A DNA stretch of 63,340 nt, filler included, from Saprolegnia diclina VS20 (taxonomy: Eukaryota), in NCBI RefSeq assembly GCF_000281045.1. It is 5 parts of 2 records of this genome, joined end to end, with 100 filler letters (N's around TTAATTAATTAA, not from the genome) between each part and the next. Parts side by side here need not be neighbours in the genome. Positions count along the whole stretch, not along the records: positions 1 to 16,785 come from NW_008246200.1; 4 more parts are not named here. The stretch is one strand, 5' to 3'. Below, piece by piece: positions 1 through 12,257 of this stretch. The position numbers and the translations under genes are program-made. The notes beneath the pieces are model-generated. The model saw nothing but the letters and a program-made list of their open reading frames with translations. It did not search any database and had not been told where the DNA came from. Every line of letters begins with the position of its first letter. Within the stretch, counting starts at the first letter, position 1.

Positions 1-400
1 TACAGTGTTTGACCTTGGGAGCCGCAAAGCCTCGGTCCCACGTCGGCACTGGGGAAACTTTGAACATGACGTCACCCAATGTTGGTTGACCATCATCCTC
101 GCGTGCATGGGACAAGCGGCGGCTACTCAAGCAAACCGTGCAAGAGTCGCGTCGGGGAGCGGTCCCGGCTTCCTTGTCCAGGGTATTGACGCTGGCCAAA
201 GCAGTGCATAAATATACTATCGATGTGGCCACAAACAACGAAATGTGTGGTGAAAAATTCCACATCCAGCAGCGTTCGCAGCCAGCATGTGGGCCTTCTC
301 GTTCCTTCTTCTCCAGCTGCTTTGCCCTCTTGATGGATTACGAAAGGTTTATATTGAAATCATAGAGTGGCACACAATAGCTAGGATGATAGAAAATCGG

Positions 401-1135
401 TTAGACGATGACGGCAGCAGCAACGAACGCAAGCGTGGCGAGCGTCGGGACAACGATCGATGCCGACGATGTGGCCTTCGGCGTCGTCGTCGCTGGCGCC
501 ACCGCCGCACTTGACGACGGGGTCTTGGTCACAACCGTGTCCGTGATGGGCGACGCCGTCGAGTTGCCCGGTGCAGTGGTCGAGTTGCCCGGGGCCGTGG
601 TCGAGTTGCCAGGCACCAGCGTCGTGCCGCCCGGCGCAACGGTGGAACTGCCCGGCGCGGTCGTCGAGCTACCGGGTGCAGCCGTCGAGTTGCCGGTCGG
701 TGCAGTTGTCGTTGACGGCTTGGTAGTCGTCGTCATACCCGGCGCACCGGTCGCCGAGCCTTGGAGAGCCATGACGTAGTCCTTGAACGGCACGGACATG
801 ATCTGTGCCGACGTGACGGGCACGGGGGTCGTCACCAAGTAGCACGCGGGTGAGATCTTTGCGATCGCCGACTGGATGCTGGCGTAGAACGCCGCGCAGC
901 TCGAGCTCTGGAGGAGCGCGTTGACTTGGGCAGGCGTGACGTTGGCCGGCACGGGCACGGCCTCGATCGAGAGCCCCGTGTCCTTGGCGCACTGGTTGAG
1001 AGTGGTCGCCGACGTGAGCGCAACCGGCGTGATGGCCGTGATGAGGTCGGCGTCCGAGCACGCGTGGTTGATCGGCGTACTTTGGGCGGTCGTCGTGGCC
1101 GCCATCGCGCAAAGGAGGAGGGTAATCGTCTGCAT
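401..1135 (-). CDS. Secreted elicitin-like (ELL) protein with Thr/Ser-rich stalk and probable GPI-anchor signal
   Basis: ATG at 1135 gives signal peptide MQTITLLLCAMAATTTA. Elicitin-like core ACS...NQCAKDTGLS...SSSCAAF...ISPACY, STTAPG repeats, and hydrophobic C-terminus (VVPTLATLAFVAAAVIV*). Confidence 0.8.
   Translation of the reverse strand: MQTITLLLCAMAATTTAQSTPINHACSDADLITAITPVALTSATTLNQCAKDTGLSIEAVPVPANVTPAQVNALLQSSSCAAFYASIQSAIAKISPACYLVTTPVPVTSAQIMSVPFKDYVMALQGSATGAPGMTTTTKPSTTTAPTGNSTAAPGSSTTAPGSSTVAPGGTTLVPGNSTTAPGNSTTAPGNSTASPITDTVVTKTPSSSAAVAPATTTPKATSSASIVVPTLATLAFVAAAVIV
556..700 (-). repeat. ~21-nt coding tandem repeat (STTAPG[N/S]), about 6-7 copies
   Basis: Recurring gtcgagttgcc(c)gg units at 21-nt spacing inside the ELL stalk. 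Confidence 0.85.
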
Positions 1136-1724
1136 CCGTGCGTCGTCTGTGGCCAAAGCAAAAATGAAGAACCACCCACTTGGCGCGCTCGAACGAAAAA
1201 GTATCTTTTTTATCACCGCCTTTCTGCGACACGCCAACGCATATCGCTCGATGACGCCCATGCTATTGTGCCGCGCACACGACACTGCACTGTGCACAGT
1301 GTAGTCGACGGTGTCGCGATCAATAATGTGTCCATGTGACCAAATGTCCATGGTGCAAACGGCAAACTCAAACGGCAAGCTCAAACGGAAACTCAAGAAA
1401 TGATGGTGTATCATAGCACCACGACCGTGACGCAGCTGCCGCGTGCTTGTGGACAAAGCGAGCAAGAACAATAGATACGACGTAGATTCAGCGACGCCAC
1501 GTGATTGCGAAGCGGCAGCAATGCGTAGGCAGTGCTTCAAGGATCGGTGTTCTTGAAGGCAGCCTGGCAGGATTCTTCAAACCTCATCGACCCTTGGTTT
1601 CGTGCAGCAAATTTTGACCAAGTGTTGCATCCAACTTGCAAGGACGAGTGAGTCAGTAGTACATGTAGTATACATCATGGGAAAGAGAATAAGCTGTGTC
1701 AAAGTTAATGCTACGCAGTGTATC

Positions 1725-2357
1725 TTAGACCATGGCGAGCATGGCGACGGCACACAGCAGCGTGATGCTCGACGCCAACTGCATCGCGCTCGAGCTCACT
1801 GTCGTCGGCGTCGGTGTTGCGGTCGATGTGCTCGTCGCGGTCGGCGTCACGGTCGTCGTCGCGACAATGGTTGTCGGGGCGTCTGTCGTGGCATTGACAT
1901 CAGTGGTGTTGGCAGTCGGCGCCACCGTGACGACCGCGGTAGCATTCGTCGTTGCATTGGAGCTGCTCGACGACGACGACAAGAGCAGCGTCACAAACTC
2001 GGTGGTCGAGAGGCTTGTTACGTCGGCTGTCGTCACAACGCTCGGTGATGTCTGAAGCGCGCAGACGGGCGAAATGGCAGCGATCGCGGTTGCAACGCTG
2101 CTCGCAAAGGACATGCAGTTGGTGTCGTTGAGGAAGGCGGCGAGCTGCGTCGACGAGATCGTTGATGAGCCAACAAGACTCGTGATCGAAAGCCCCGTGG
2201 CCGTTGAGCACTGCGTGAGCGCGGTCGCCGCCGAGAGGAGCACGGGTGTGACGGCCGTCTGGAGGACGCTGGACGTGCACGCGGCCGTCGCCTCGGGGGT
2301 CGCCATCGTCGAAGCAATCGCAGTCGTCGCAAGCAGAAGCGGGGTCAAGCCGTGCAT
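1725..2357 (-). CDS. Second elicitin-like protein, tandem paralogue, Thr-rich stalk, probable GPI anchor
   Basis: Signal peptide MHGLTPLLLATTAIAS. Core ACT...TPV...TQCSTATGLSI...TNCMSF...AISPVCAL aligns with the neighbouring gene. Hydrophobic C-terminus. Confidence 0.8.
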   Translation of the reverse strand: MHGLTPLLLATTAIASTMATPEATAACTSSVLQTAVTPVLLSAATALTQCSTATGLSITSLVGSSTISSTQLAAFLNDTNCMSFASSVATAIAAISPVCALQTSPSVVTTADVTSLSTTEFVTLLLSSSSSSSNATTNATAVVTVAPTANTTDVNATTDAPTTIVATTTVTPTATSTSTATPTPTTVSSSAMQLASSITLLCAVAMLAMV

Positions 2358-3129
2358 ATTGGTGAATTGGATGGTGCTGGAGGCGAAAAATGCAGAAATG
2401 AACACCGCCGTCCCGGACGACACGGTTTGCGTCGGGTAGCTACGACGGTTCCATCGCAGGTAATAGCAATTGAACTATTGACAGCAAATATGTGTCTATA
2501 CAAACGGCCAATGACGATTGGACTAGCGTTTGACACAAGGCAATATATATTTGTGTCCAAGAGGAATATGTTTTTCTCGTGGCCACGTCATCGGCCACCG
2601 TCGAGCTTGGTATTCCTACGATACTAGTTACTACAAGCGAGCCAGCAACTCGACGTTCTCGCCAGCTCCGCTAGATCCTCGGGGCTTTTGTGGGGCGTTG
2701 CCACCAGCACCAAATACACTCGTCAGAGAATATATTTTTAACAAATAAAATTCTGCTTCTATTGACGCAGAAATCTACATGTGGCACGCCATCTCGCGTG
2801 TACTTGGCAGTCTCGTGAGCTACCCGTCAGACGCTGTGCGGTGACTCTGACGTGTTGATGCGCTTTGATGGAATGCTACGCCTCGACCGTTTCGCTGCAC
2901 GCAGCAACTGCCACGTCAAGCCTCGGTGGCGCTGCCACGTCATGAACGCCAGTTACTGAGTGGGGGCCAGATGCAAGCGCAACACGTAGCAATAGTCTAC
3001 GTCGCTAATACCGTGGGTACGCGTCTTCTTGCAGCGTATTGGGCCACGTCACGTGGACGTAGCGGTTGATGTACCAGTGCATTTTTCCGATATCCACCCA
3101 ACTGATTTTCTATCATTTTTCATTTCGCC

Positions 3130-4644
3130 TTACGCGGCCATAGCCCCTTGTACTTGCTCGCAAATGGCCGTGAGCTCCGTGCACGCGGTGCCAATTGTCG
3201 CCAACAGCGGTGCAAGCGGTTCCTTCTTGAGCGCTTCCAGCAGCCGGAGCACACCCACAGCGTTTGCGAGCACATCGTCTGCTGGCGCTCCCGCCGAGAC
3301 TTCGAGATGGCTCTGGATCGTGTTGAACACCAAGCACCTACATACAACACGCTCAGACATTGTATGATCACCCACCTCAGACGTCTCTACCGCAAGAGGC
3401 CGAGTACGACATCGTCGACGTGAGTTGGGATGCGCACCCAGGCGTGAACGACGACAAGGCGCAGCGTCTCAAGCGCGTCGAGCGTCAGGAGCTTGTTCTC
3501 GAGACACGCCAAGAGCACCGTCAAGACCGACGGAAGGTACTGCACGATCTGCACGCTGTGTGGCGCGCCCATAGCAACGATCCACGGGCGCAAGCCCACG
3601 ACGTACACGCGCTTCATGCTCACGTCCGAGGTCATGTCCCAGGACCGCAATAGCGTCGGGAAGAACCGGTCGTAGCTCGTGATATCGTGAGCCACCGACG
3701 TGACCGCCAACGTGTCAGCAAGGCAGCGCAGCGTCGCTTGCAGAAAAGACGCGTCGCTCATGGCAATCTTGAGGGTTTCGTACAGCATGTGCAACACAAT
3801 GTCGCTGTGCCACCGGACGTCGGTGGGCGTGGCCTCGGCGACGACATGCTGCAGGACGTCGACGCCGATGCGCTGGACCGACACGATCGTTTGGTCGAGC
3901 AGCGGCAGTGCGAGCGCGAGCGTGCGCCCGACGACGTCGTGGTCGAGCGCCGGAAAGGCCAGTTGCCGCACAAGGTACCGAAACGCAAACGGCGCCGGGC
4001 AGCCCGCGCGCACCCACGTCTCCTTGGGGCACTTGGTGCCTACGACCGAGAGCACGCGCTTGCAGTGCCTATATGATAGCGTCTGGCATGAGAAGCCACA
4101 GAGAGATGACAGCATCGTACACGACGACAAGCTCATCGCGCGAGGGCGGCGCGAGCCCGCGGCGCCATCCGACGTGCGCGCACGCCGCATCGAGGAGCGC
4201 TTCTGCTTGTGCATGCGCGGTGGGCGTATGCCACGGCGCGTCGTCACAGAGAAAGTAACTGCACGCGAGCAGCAACGTTGGCAGCCACTTGGCCGTGTCA
4301 CGTGGGGCTGGCAGCGATGCATGGAAGGCCGCGTCGAGTCGCGCAAGGACGCGGCCGCACTGCAAGATGGGATGCACGACACTTGCAAGGTACGCCGGCG
4401 TGAGTGCGTCGGCGTCGGCTAGGAGCGTGGTTTGTAGCAAGAGGTCCGCCGTGTCGGCCCAAAGCGCGTCCATCTCGCCGAGCGACGCCTCGAGATGGAG
4501 CTCGGTCTGCTGCTCGTACCGGCCGAGCGCCACTTCAGCTGCCGCGTCGATGACGATGGAGCCGCCGGCAAAGACGGCGGCTTGGAGCGGCGCCACGCAC
4601 TCGGCTCGGAAGGCCGCGACAAGGTGGCCGCGTTCGATGACCAT
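3130..4644 (-). CDS. TTI2: TELO2-interacting protein 2 (Tti2)-like helical-repeat protein, 3 exons
   Basis: Three ORF segments joined by GT-AG introns at ~4069-4119 and ~3338-3390. Segment LALALPLLDQ...QRIGVDVLQH and AWVRI resemble the Tti2 family; recognition by eye only. Confidence 0.55.
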
Positions 4645-5125
4645 GGTCGGTATCCTCTGAGAGTAGATATTGTATATTGATTATTGGAGGTCATGGTTCC
4701 GCTGCCGAGATCGCGCCGCCAAGCATGAAGAACGCCCGACCGCCGTCGTTGATGCGTATATGTACGGCAGGGTCGTGTAGCACCATCAACGGCGCTTTGG
4801 CTAGGCTAGATGGCGCCGGCGTAGCGCAGCTCATTGACGGCGAGGCTCGGTTCAATGCGGAGCTTGCCGCCACTTCCGGCATCCGTTGCTTGGCAAAGAT
4901 TCGCCGGCGATGACACGTTGGCATCGAAAGGGGTCAACACCAGACGGGCACACATCCAGCTTGGCATGGCAGAAGACCGCGGTCGCTGTCAAGAGGAAGA
5001 GTGTTTTGAGATATCGCAGGATTTCAATTCCATTAACAGTTTCCTCCCTTAAGTTGTCGAAATCAGCTCCCCTACACGGCTTTAGGGGCCGAGAGGGTAT
5101 CCGGTACGAGGCAAAGCTACAACAC

Positions 5126-5815
5126 TTAGTAGTAGATCTGCATGGCGGGGCCCATGGTCGACTTGAGGTAGAGGACCTTGATGTTCTGCCAGTTCTTCTT
5201 GAGGAGCGAGGCGAGGAAGTTGGCGGCCAACTGGGTGTTGACAATGATCTCTTCCGGGGTCTGGCCGACGTGGGCGACGGCAAGGTTGAGGCAGAGCACC
5301 TTCTTCATCTGGAACTTGATCGTGGCACGGACGGCGTTGGCCTTGTCGTTGATGTCCTCACCCGACGTGATGAGCGTGGGGAACTTGCCGGCCTTGTTGA
5401 GCGAAGGACCGAGCAGACGCGGGATCTGCTTGATGAGCGTGTCGGAGGCAAGGAACGCATCGTACTTCTTGGCGAACTTCTTGATGACCTTCTTGTTCTT
5501 GTTGAACTTCTTGAGGTCATCGACCGTCATGAACTCAAAGCCGTTCTTCTCGGCAAGCTCGCAGTGCACGGCGTTACCGATGATGCAGATCTTGAGGTTC
5601 GGCTTCGGGACCGTCGGGAGCTTGAACGTGCCCGAGAAACGCTTGTCCTTGGTCGGGTCGTAGTTCTTGAGGGCGATCTGGAGTTCGATCGTCTCGTGGA
5701 AGTTGCGCTTCTTGCCCTTGACGTCGTCGTTGCCGATCTTGATCGTCTCACCGGCCGAGAAGGCGAGGATGTCTTCGACGGCCTTGGCCAAAAGCTCCGA
5801 GTTCAACTTGCTCAT
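5126..5815 (-). CDS. RPL10A: 60S ribosomal protein L10a (uL1)
   Basis: [62 protein letters not shown]. Strongly biased codon usage. Confidence 0.98.
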   Translation of the reverse strand: MSKLNSELLAKAVEDILAFSAGETIKIGNDDVKGKKRNFHETIELQIALKNYDPTKDKRFSGTFKLPTVPKPNLKICIIGNAVHCELAEKNGFEFMTVDDLKKFNKNKKVIKKFAKKYDAFLASDTLIKQIPRLLGPSLNKAGKFPTLITSGEDINDKANAVRATIKFQMKKVLCLNLAVAHVGQTPEEIIVNTQLAANFLASLLKKNWQNIKVLYLKSTMGPAMQIYY

Positions 5816-7691
5816 ACTTTACTGTGTCGCTGGAACAACGATAAAGGGGAAATACTACGGCGTGGCACATGACGCACCATCGCCACCAGCCATGTCCAGC
5901 CAACGCTTTTTGGCCAATGGCCTTGCGCCATGCCTGGTCTCCGCCAATGGCATCGCGTGGAAGTCGGATTTTTGCACCCACCAATCCTGGCCCGAGGCTA
6001 ATTGCACGCAATTGCACGGCCGGCTTGCGGATTGCAGATTGCTGGCCAAGGTCCAGGTCGATACGGTCGACCAAGCCTGGCTGGACGATGGTGCAAGGGC
6101 GCGCCGCATGAACGCGCGCAGCCGACAGGCAAGGAAAAGAACGACGCGATCGCTGCACTGGAGCGCAGTAGCGCAGATGGCCGGACGTGGAGCACGATGA
6201 TCACCGCCGGCGTGGCATCGGCATTGGTTCTTGGCAGCGGACAGCTTGCGATGGACAGCTCGTCGCTGCGCGCACCCAGACCGCGCCAATATGTAGGCAT
6301 CAAGTATGCAAGGCGCGCTCGCGTGGCGTCACTGTACCGACGCGTCGTGGGACTGCAAGCAGACAGGCAAGCATGCAAGAGCTGTAGGAGGCATCGTACC
6401 ATCCAAGCGACAGAGCCCAAGAGACTGTTGCAGAGCTAGACTGCGACTGCGACCCCGTCACAGCCAACTTGTTGGGCGATATCAACGAGGACGTCCAAGT
6501 ATTACGTTATACTAAAGCGCTTCGAGCGACCACAGTGGCGTGCCTAGGCTGGAAGAGTGCATGGCTGCCAAGCATGCCCGATATATATATGAACGTGTTG
6601 CGCGTTATCTTGGATATTACACGAAGACTTCGCATACGTAGAGACTAGCAATCTCCTTCTTCTTCATTCGCTCGCCGGGCCGTGCCTGCGCGAGCGGCGG
6701 CGCGGGGCCGTCAGCATAACAAACACACATGCTTGTGTATCCCATGCCATTGCTGCAGCGGAACGATGCAGGCGCGTCCAAGAGCCAGACACGCTCGAGC
6801 CACTACCTCGTGCACGCGCTCTGCCTGTCAGTCGCCAACGCATCAAAGCTGCAACTTGGTTCCAGCTGTGGTCACCTACAGTGAGTAGTTGTGATCGCCT
6901 CGTCATGGCGTGATGCCACGGCCTTCATGGACAGTTTGATACTCCATACTACACGTATGGTCTCCGAACTCGCCGCAGGAGGATGCCCACATTTCCCCAA
7001 GGCGAATGGTGTGAGAAGCGTGAGCTGGTGCAGGAACGACGGTATGTACATGGGAAGTACAATATCTCATATCGTCGTTCCCTTCTTTTGGTTGGCTTCT
7101 TCTTTTCCGAAAGAGTCGACACGGCAGCACTCACAGTTGAGCTTCGGTACCGTTCTCAAACCAATGCGCGCAGATCGCCCGTCCGTCGAAGAGCAATGGA
7201 AGAGGCGCTGAAGAGCCGTGTCGTTCGTTCGAGACGCCAGTCTCGTCACAGAACGACTGGCGAATCAACCGGCATTCGTCGACAACCATTGGCCGCAGCG
7301 TCTGTTTTGTTTTGCACGCGATTGATAGACCGATCGACCAACTATAAGCAACGCGAGAGGACCATTTTGTGGCTTGCGTCTGGCGTTGTTCCCGCCAAAA
7401 CGAGCAAGCGCATCCCGTGCGGCCGAGCTGCGTCACCAAGGGTGTCGTAGCGCCAGCGATGCGCACAGGGCCCTGATGTGCATAACCACAACATAGAGTG
7501 TAGCGGTATTGGAACGACGACCGCAGATGTCGTATCCCTAGCTCTTTTCGCTTGGACTCTATTGGAGTCATATGCGATTTAGTCACTAGCGACAACCGCG
7601 TCCACAATGTTGTGCAAGAAAGGGCTGGACCGCTTTTACCACCAGGCGCTGCAGTGCGACGAGTTGTTGGTTCATTTCCGGATTCACTGCC

Positions 7692-9746
7692 ATGCACTAC
7701 ATCTCCGACGTGGCCGACGGCACGGCGTACCCAAGCTACCACCATCAAGACTCGATTGGCGTCATGGTCGAGATGACGCCGAGCGAGCCGTCGACGACGT
7801 ACATGGCCTCGCGGACGCCGCGAAGCGAGAGCGGCCACTCCAACTACGACGAGCAGCACGACGTTGCCAAGCCATTGCCGCCCAACAGACGATTCAGCCA
7901 AGACTATGACGCGAACCGCTCGACGTTTCGCCACACAAGGTCATTGGCGCGGGAGGCTGCCAAGGCGCAAAAGCTACGGGAGCTCGAGACCATTTCATCC
8001 GACTTGGACGACTGGAAGGACAATGTTGCGCAGGTAGACACCTTGTTTCAACCATTGCTTTGATCTCATCGCATTGTATTGCATTAGATGGCCGGCGCCT
8101 TCCGAGCCAAGGTGCGCGACTCGATGCTGTTCAAGCTGCTGCATCAAGACGCGCCCGACGCCTTTTCGCCGTTTGATCTGGACGCGATCGACGATGCCAA
8201 GAAGCGGCTGCTGCAGCACCCCGTGATGCGCCTCATGGTGCTTCTCAAGTGGCGGGTACGCTACATATTGCAAGTATTTCGAGCCAAAGCTGAGATTCTT
8301 GTACGGGTGTAGGCGTTTGGACTACGCATGTATTGCGAGCAGCTTCTCATGCACTGGCTGCTCCTCCTCACGTTCACCGTCTCGCTCGCCATTGGCTTTG
8401 GGATTGCGACCAGCGCCAAGCTCGATCAAGTGCTCGTTGGGTGGCTTGTCGGCATGCCCTTCCTCTTGGTCTCGCTTCTTGCAACGCGCTTCTCGACGTG
8501 GAAGAACAAGGTGGTGTGCGCCTGCGTCGTATTTGTTCTTGTCAGCGGCGCGATCACCGGGCTCCTGCTCAAGTACGACAAGGTCAAGGCGCTCTGCAAC
8601 TCGACGGCACCGATCGACGAGATATGGGACGAGGACGGCAAGGACGGGATCAACAAGAGCTTTGTCTCGCTCAACAACGCCGTGCTCGGACTCTCGGCGC
8701 TCTACTTTTGCCTCTTTGAGTCGCGCGAGTTTGCGGCGGATATGCCCGACGATGACGTCCGCCGTGGCATTCTCGGCCGCTGGCTCCGCGCGTCGCGCTA
8801 CATGCTCACGTCGCTCGTCGACTTGGTTTGCGGCAAGCCGACGTCGCCGTACCTCGAGTCGTACTGGAATCGCATCCAGCTCCCGACCTTCTTCTTCGTG
8901 TTTGTCTATGTCTTTTGCGAGTTTGCATCGCCCTTCTCGGCCAACATGCGTGTCTACGGAGGCATTCCCGCGCTCTTTTTGCTCTGGATCATGGGCGTCT
9001 CGTACCTCGAAGTCTTCCCCGCGGTCGGGTATCTCCTCCCGATGATGCGGCGCATGCTCGCCGACGTCTTCCGCTACTTGGCCTTCTACTTTCCGATCCA
9101 GTGCGCGTACACGTGTGCATACTACCTCCTCTTCAAGAGCCAAGGCTACGATCTCAAGCCGTACGAGCCGGACCAAAAGTTTATCGACAAGTTTAACGAG
9201 TCTCTCAGCGTTCTCTTTCCCGGTGCCAACACCACAGACGAGACCCTGGTGACGAGCCTCCTCGAGATCCTCAAGACCAAGGACAAGAACGACATGTTTC
9301 AGGGCTACGAAACCGTGCCCAAGAGCTTCCTCACCACGTACCTTGTGACCTTTGGCCAAATCAATTTGGAGCCGTTCGACCAGCTCGCGACGACGTCGGC
9401 ATCGATCCTCGGCTACCTCCTCGTGCTAACGCACGCGACGATCGTGATCGTGATGCTCCTCAACGTGCTCATTGCGATGATGGACAAGACGATGGGCGCC
9501 TACATGGACGAAGCCAAGGTCGAGGCGACTGTGACCTTTGCCGAGTGCGTGCTGCGGATGGAGAAGACGACGACGCAGGCGATGTCCGAAGTGTACTGGC
9601 GACAGCTCGACAAGTCCAAGGCCCAAGTTTTGTATGAAAACATGCTGCGCGCCGACGCCAACGAGAAGAGCGAGGACAGCGCAGTGCTCCACGCGATTGC
9701 GAAGATCAGCTCCAGAGTCAAAAGCCTCCAGACGCGTCGCAAGTAG
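7692..9746 (+). CDS. TRP-like cation channel, paralogue A (exons 7692-8033, 8088-8255, 8313-9746; ~647 aa)
   Basis: Pre-S1 LLQHPVMRLMVLLKW, YLESYWN before S3, S4-S5 linker GYLLPMMRRMLADV, pore FLTTYLVTFGQIN, S6 VMLLNVLIAMM. Both introns are phase-0 GT-AG. Confidence 0.8.
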
Positions 9747-10086
9747 GCTTTGAAATCTTGTTGATTGATGGACCTTTGGCACGCCAGCCTTGGTCGTCTG
9801 GGCAACGCCCCTTGCTACTGCACCTTCGAATTTTCATTTTAAGTTTGTAATTTGCGTTTGCACTTGAGTTTGCACTTTGAATTTGCACTAAGATCTACGT
9901 ATCGACGACGTTGAGTTGGCGCTCTCAGTTTACCCATCGCACCAAGTATGAGAATTGAGTTTTGACACGGGTACAGTATGTAAGCAACTGCACTGCCGGG
10001 TATGCGGCACATATGGGCAATTGGGAACCCTGCGCAGTGACAGCCCGGGAAACGAGTGAGGAACCGGTATAAAAGTTCGTGAAACG

Positions 10087-10270
10087 TGGTACACTTCCAG
10101 GCGCAGCAAGGAAGTTGAGTTTTTGCCGTCCGGATAGACGCGAAGAGTCGACAGTGGGTAGATAGTCATTTTGCATTTAGCCTTGTCGATCCTAACCCGT
10201 CACGCCACTCACAATGGCTAGCGGGCAATCAATTCGTCTATTGCCCCCCACTCGAGCGTCGTACAGTACA
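10087..10270 (+). repeat. Diverged non-coding dispersed repeat, copy 1
   Basis: gcgcagc..gga.gttgagtttt.gccg...ttgcatttagcct...tatt.cccccactcgagcgtcgtaca is shared with 13031-13187. Confidence 0.75.
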
Positions 10271-10366
10271 AGGAAAAAACGAGGGTATGCAAAACATGTG
10301 TAAATGAGTATAATCATGTGATTCTCAGTCAAACTTCGGTTGCAGCCACAGGATGAAATCATTGCT

Positions 10367-12257
10367 TTAGACTGTGTCGCTAGCATCATGCGTCGTGGCA
10401 GGATTTGACTTGGCTAACTTTCCAATGGCTTCTTGTACCTCCTCGCCATTTCTCTTTTCTCGGCGCATCGTGCGTTGCACCGAGATCATGTGTTTTTTGT
10501 ACTCTTCGCCGTTGACCGCTTTGTCCAATCTTTCCTTGGATGTCTTGAACGTCTTGGTCTTCTCCATGCGCAGCACACACTCGGCAAAGGTGACGGTCGC
10601 CTCGACCTTGGCTTCCTCAATGTACGCGCCCATGGTCTTGCTCATCATAGCGATGAGCACGTTGAGGAGCATCACGACGACGATCGTCGCGTGCGAGAGC
10701 AAGAGAAGCTAGCCAAGCACATACGCGGCCGGCGAATCCAAGGCTTTGAACGGCTCGAGATTGATCTGCGCAAAGACGACGAGGTACGTCGTGATGAAGC
10801 TCTCAAGCACGGTTGCATATGGCGCGAACGTCTCGCTCTCGCCTTGGCTCTTGAAGAGGAGGTAGTAGGCACAGGTGTAGGCGCACTGGATCGACCAGTA
10901 GTAGACCAAAAAACTGGACACGTCGGCAATCATGTGCCGCATCATCGGGAGAAGGTACGAGATCGAGCCAAAGACCTCAATGTACTGCACTCCCATGATC
11001 CAAAGAAAGAAGACAGTCGCGATCCCCGCGTAGATGCGCATGTTGGTCGAGAACGGCGCCGTAAACTCGCAGAGGACGTAGACAAGGACGAAGAAGAAGG
11101 TTGGGAGCTGGATCCGGTTCCAGTACGACTCAAGGTACGGCGTCGGCGTCTTGCCAATGGCCAGTTGGTACATGGACGAGGCAAAATGCCAAGGCGCGAC
11201 GACAAAATACCAGTGGCACTGCTCGAGGAGCGGCAGCGTCGGCGCACTCGGATCTCAAATGTCGGCGGCGAGCTCACGGAGTTCAAAGGTGCAAAAGTAG
11301 AGCGCCGAGAGACCGACAAGGATGTTGTTGATGCGGCCAAACATAAGCCAGCTGACTTGATCTTGGAGCGGTTCGAACGCGTACTGGAGACCGCCACCGA
11401 CACACCCAAGGACCGCAATCGTGATGCACGCGCAGGGCACCTTGGTTTCCCACACGACAATGCGCGTCGCAAAGGCTGCAATGACGAGGACCGAGCACGT
11501 TGTGAGCCAGCCAATGAAAAGGCTGTGGTAGGTCGACTCGGGTGCGACGCCAAGACCCATCGAGAGCGAGAGCGTCATCGTAAAGAGGAGCAGCCAATGC
11601 ATAAAGAGGTGCTCGCAGTACATGCGAAAGCCAAACGCCTTGGGGATGTATGAGATCACGTGTGCCAGCGAGTGATCCTACCTGCCACTTGAGCAAGACG
11701 ATGACGCGCATGACGGGGTGCTGGAGCACCTTCTTCTTCTCGTCTTCAAGCGCATCGCGATCAAACCACGACACGCCAACCTTGGTGTCGTGGTGCAGCA
11801 GCTGGAAAAGGAGCGAATCGCGCACAGAGCGACCGAGCTCGTCGCGCACGGCCTCCGGAGCCAAGATCCATGTCGAGAGGAGCCCGGCCTTGGCGCGTAC
11901 GTCCTCAATCGTATTCAGCTCTTTTCCGCTGGTCGAGGTTGAATTCTCCGAAGGCGGATCTTGCGACGGCTCTTCCAAGGGACTGCGTTTCGCTACGCAG
12001 CGGTTGGTCACCGATGCAACGTCGATCAAAGCCTGCCGCGGCGCGGACGTGGCGGCCGCGGTGCGATCGGTGAACGGCATCGGCAAGGAACGGACGTCAT
12101 CGTGCGAATAACCGCTCGTACTCGTCGGTGTCCGCGCACTCGTGTACATCGTTTCCGGCTCGGCGCTTGGCGTCATCTCGTCCATGACACCGATCGTGTC
12201 TTGGTGCCGGTAGCTCCGATGCGTGGTGCCCTGGGGCGCGTCCGTGATGTAGTACAT
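10367..12257 (-). pseudogene. TRP-like channel paralogue B with two in-frame nonsense codons
   Basis: Same motifs as A and C; intron 11639-11681. TGA at 11255-11257 (ELAADI*DP) and TAG at 10709-10711 (YVLG*LLL, where paralogues have GYLL). Frame is otherwise continuous. Confidence 0.75.

Noticed and set aside
4886..5872. 328-aa plus-strand ORF, and similar long antisense ORFs over the TRP, desaturase and DPP genes
   Set aside because: Antisense shadows of GC3-rich real genes, with no motifs of their own.
5947..6439. Gene divergent from RPL10A
   Set aside because: No consistent ATG-led frame or recognisable domain.
11255..11257. In-frame TGA as selenocysteine
   Set aside because: It aligns to Pro in the paralogues rather than Cys, and a second stop (TAG) follows.
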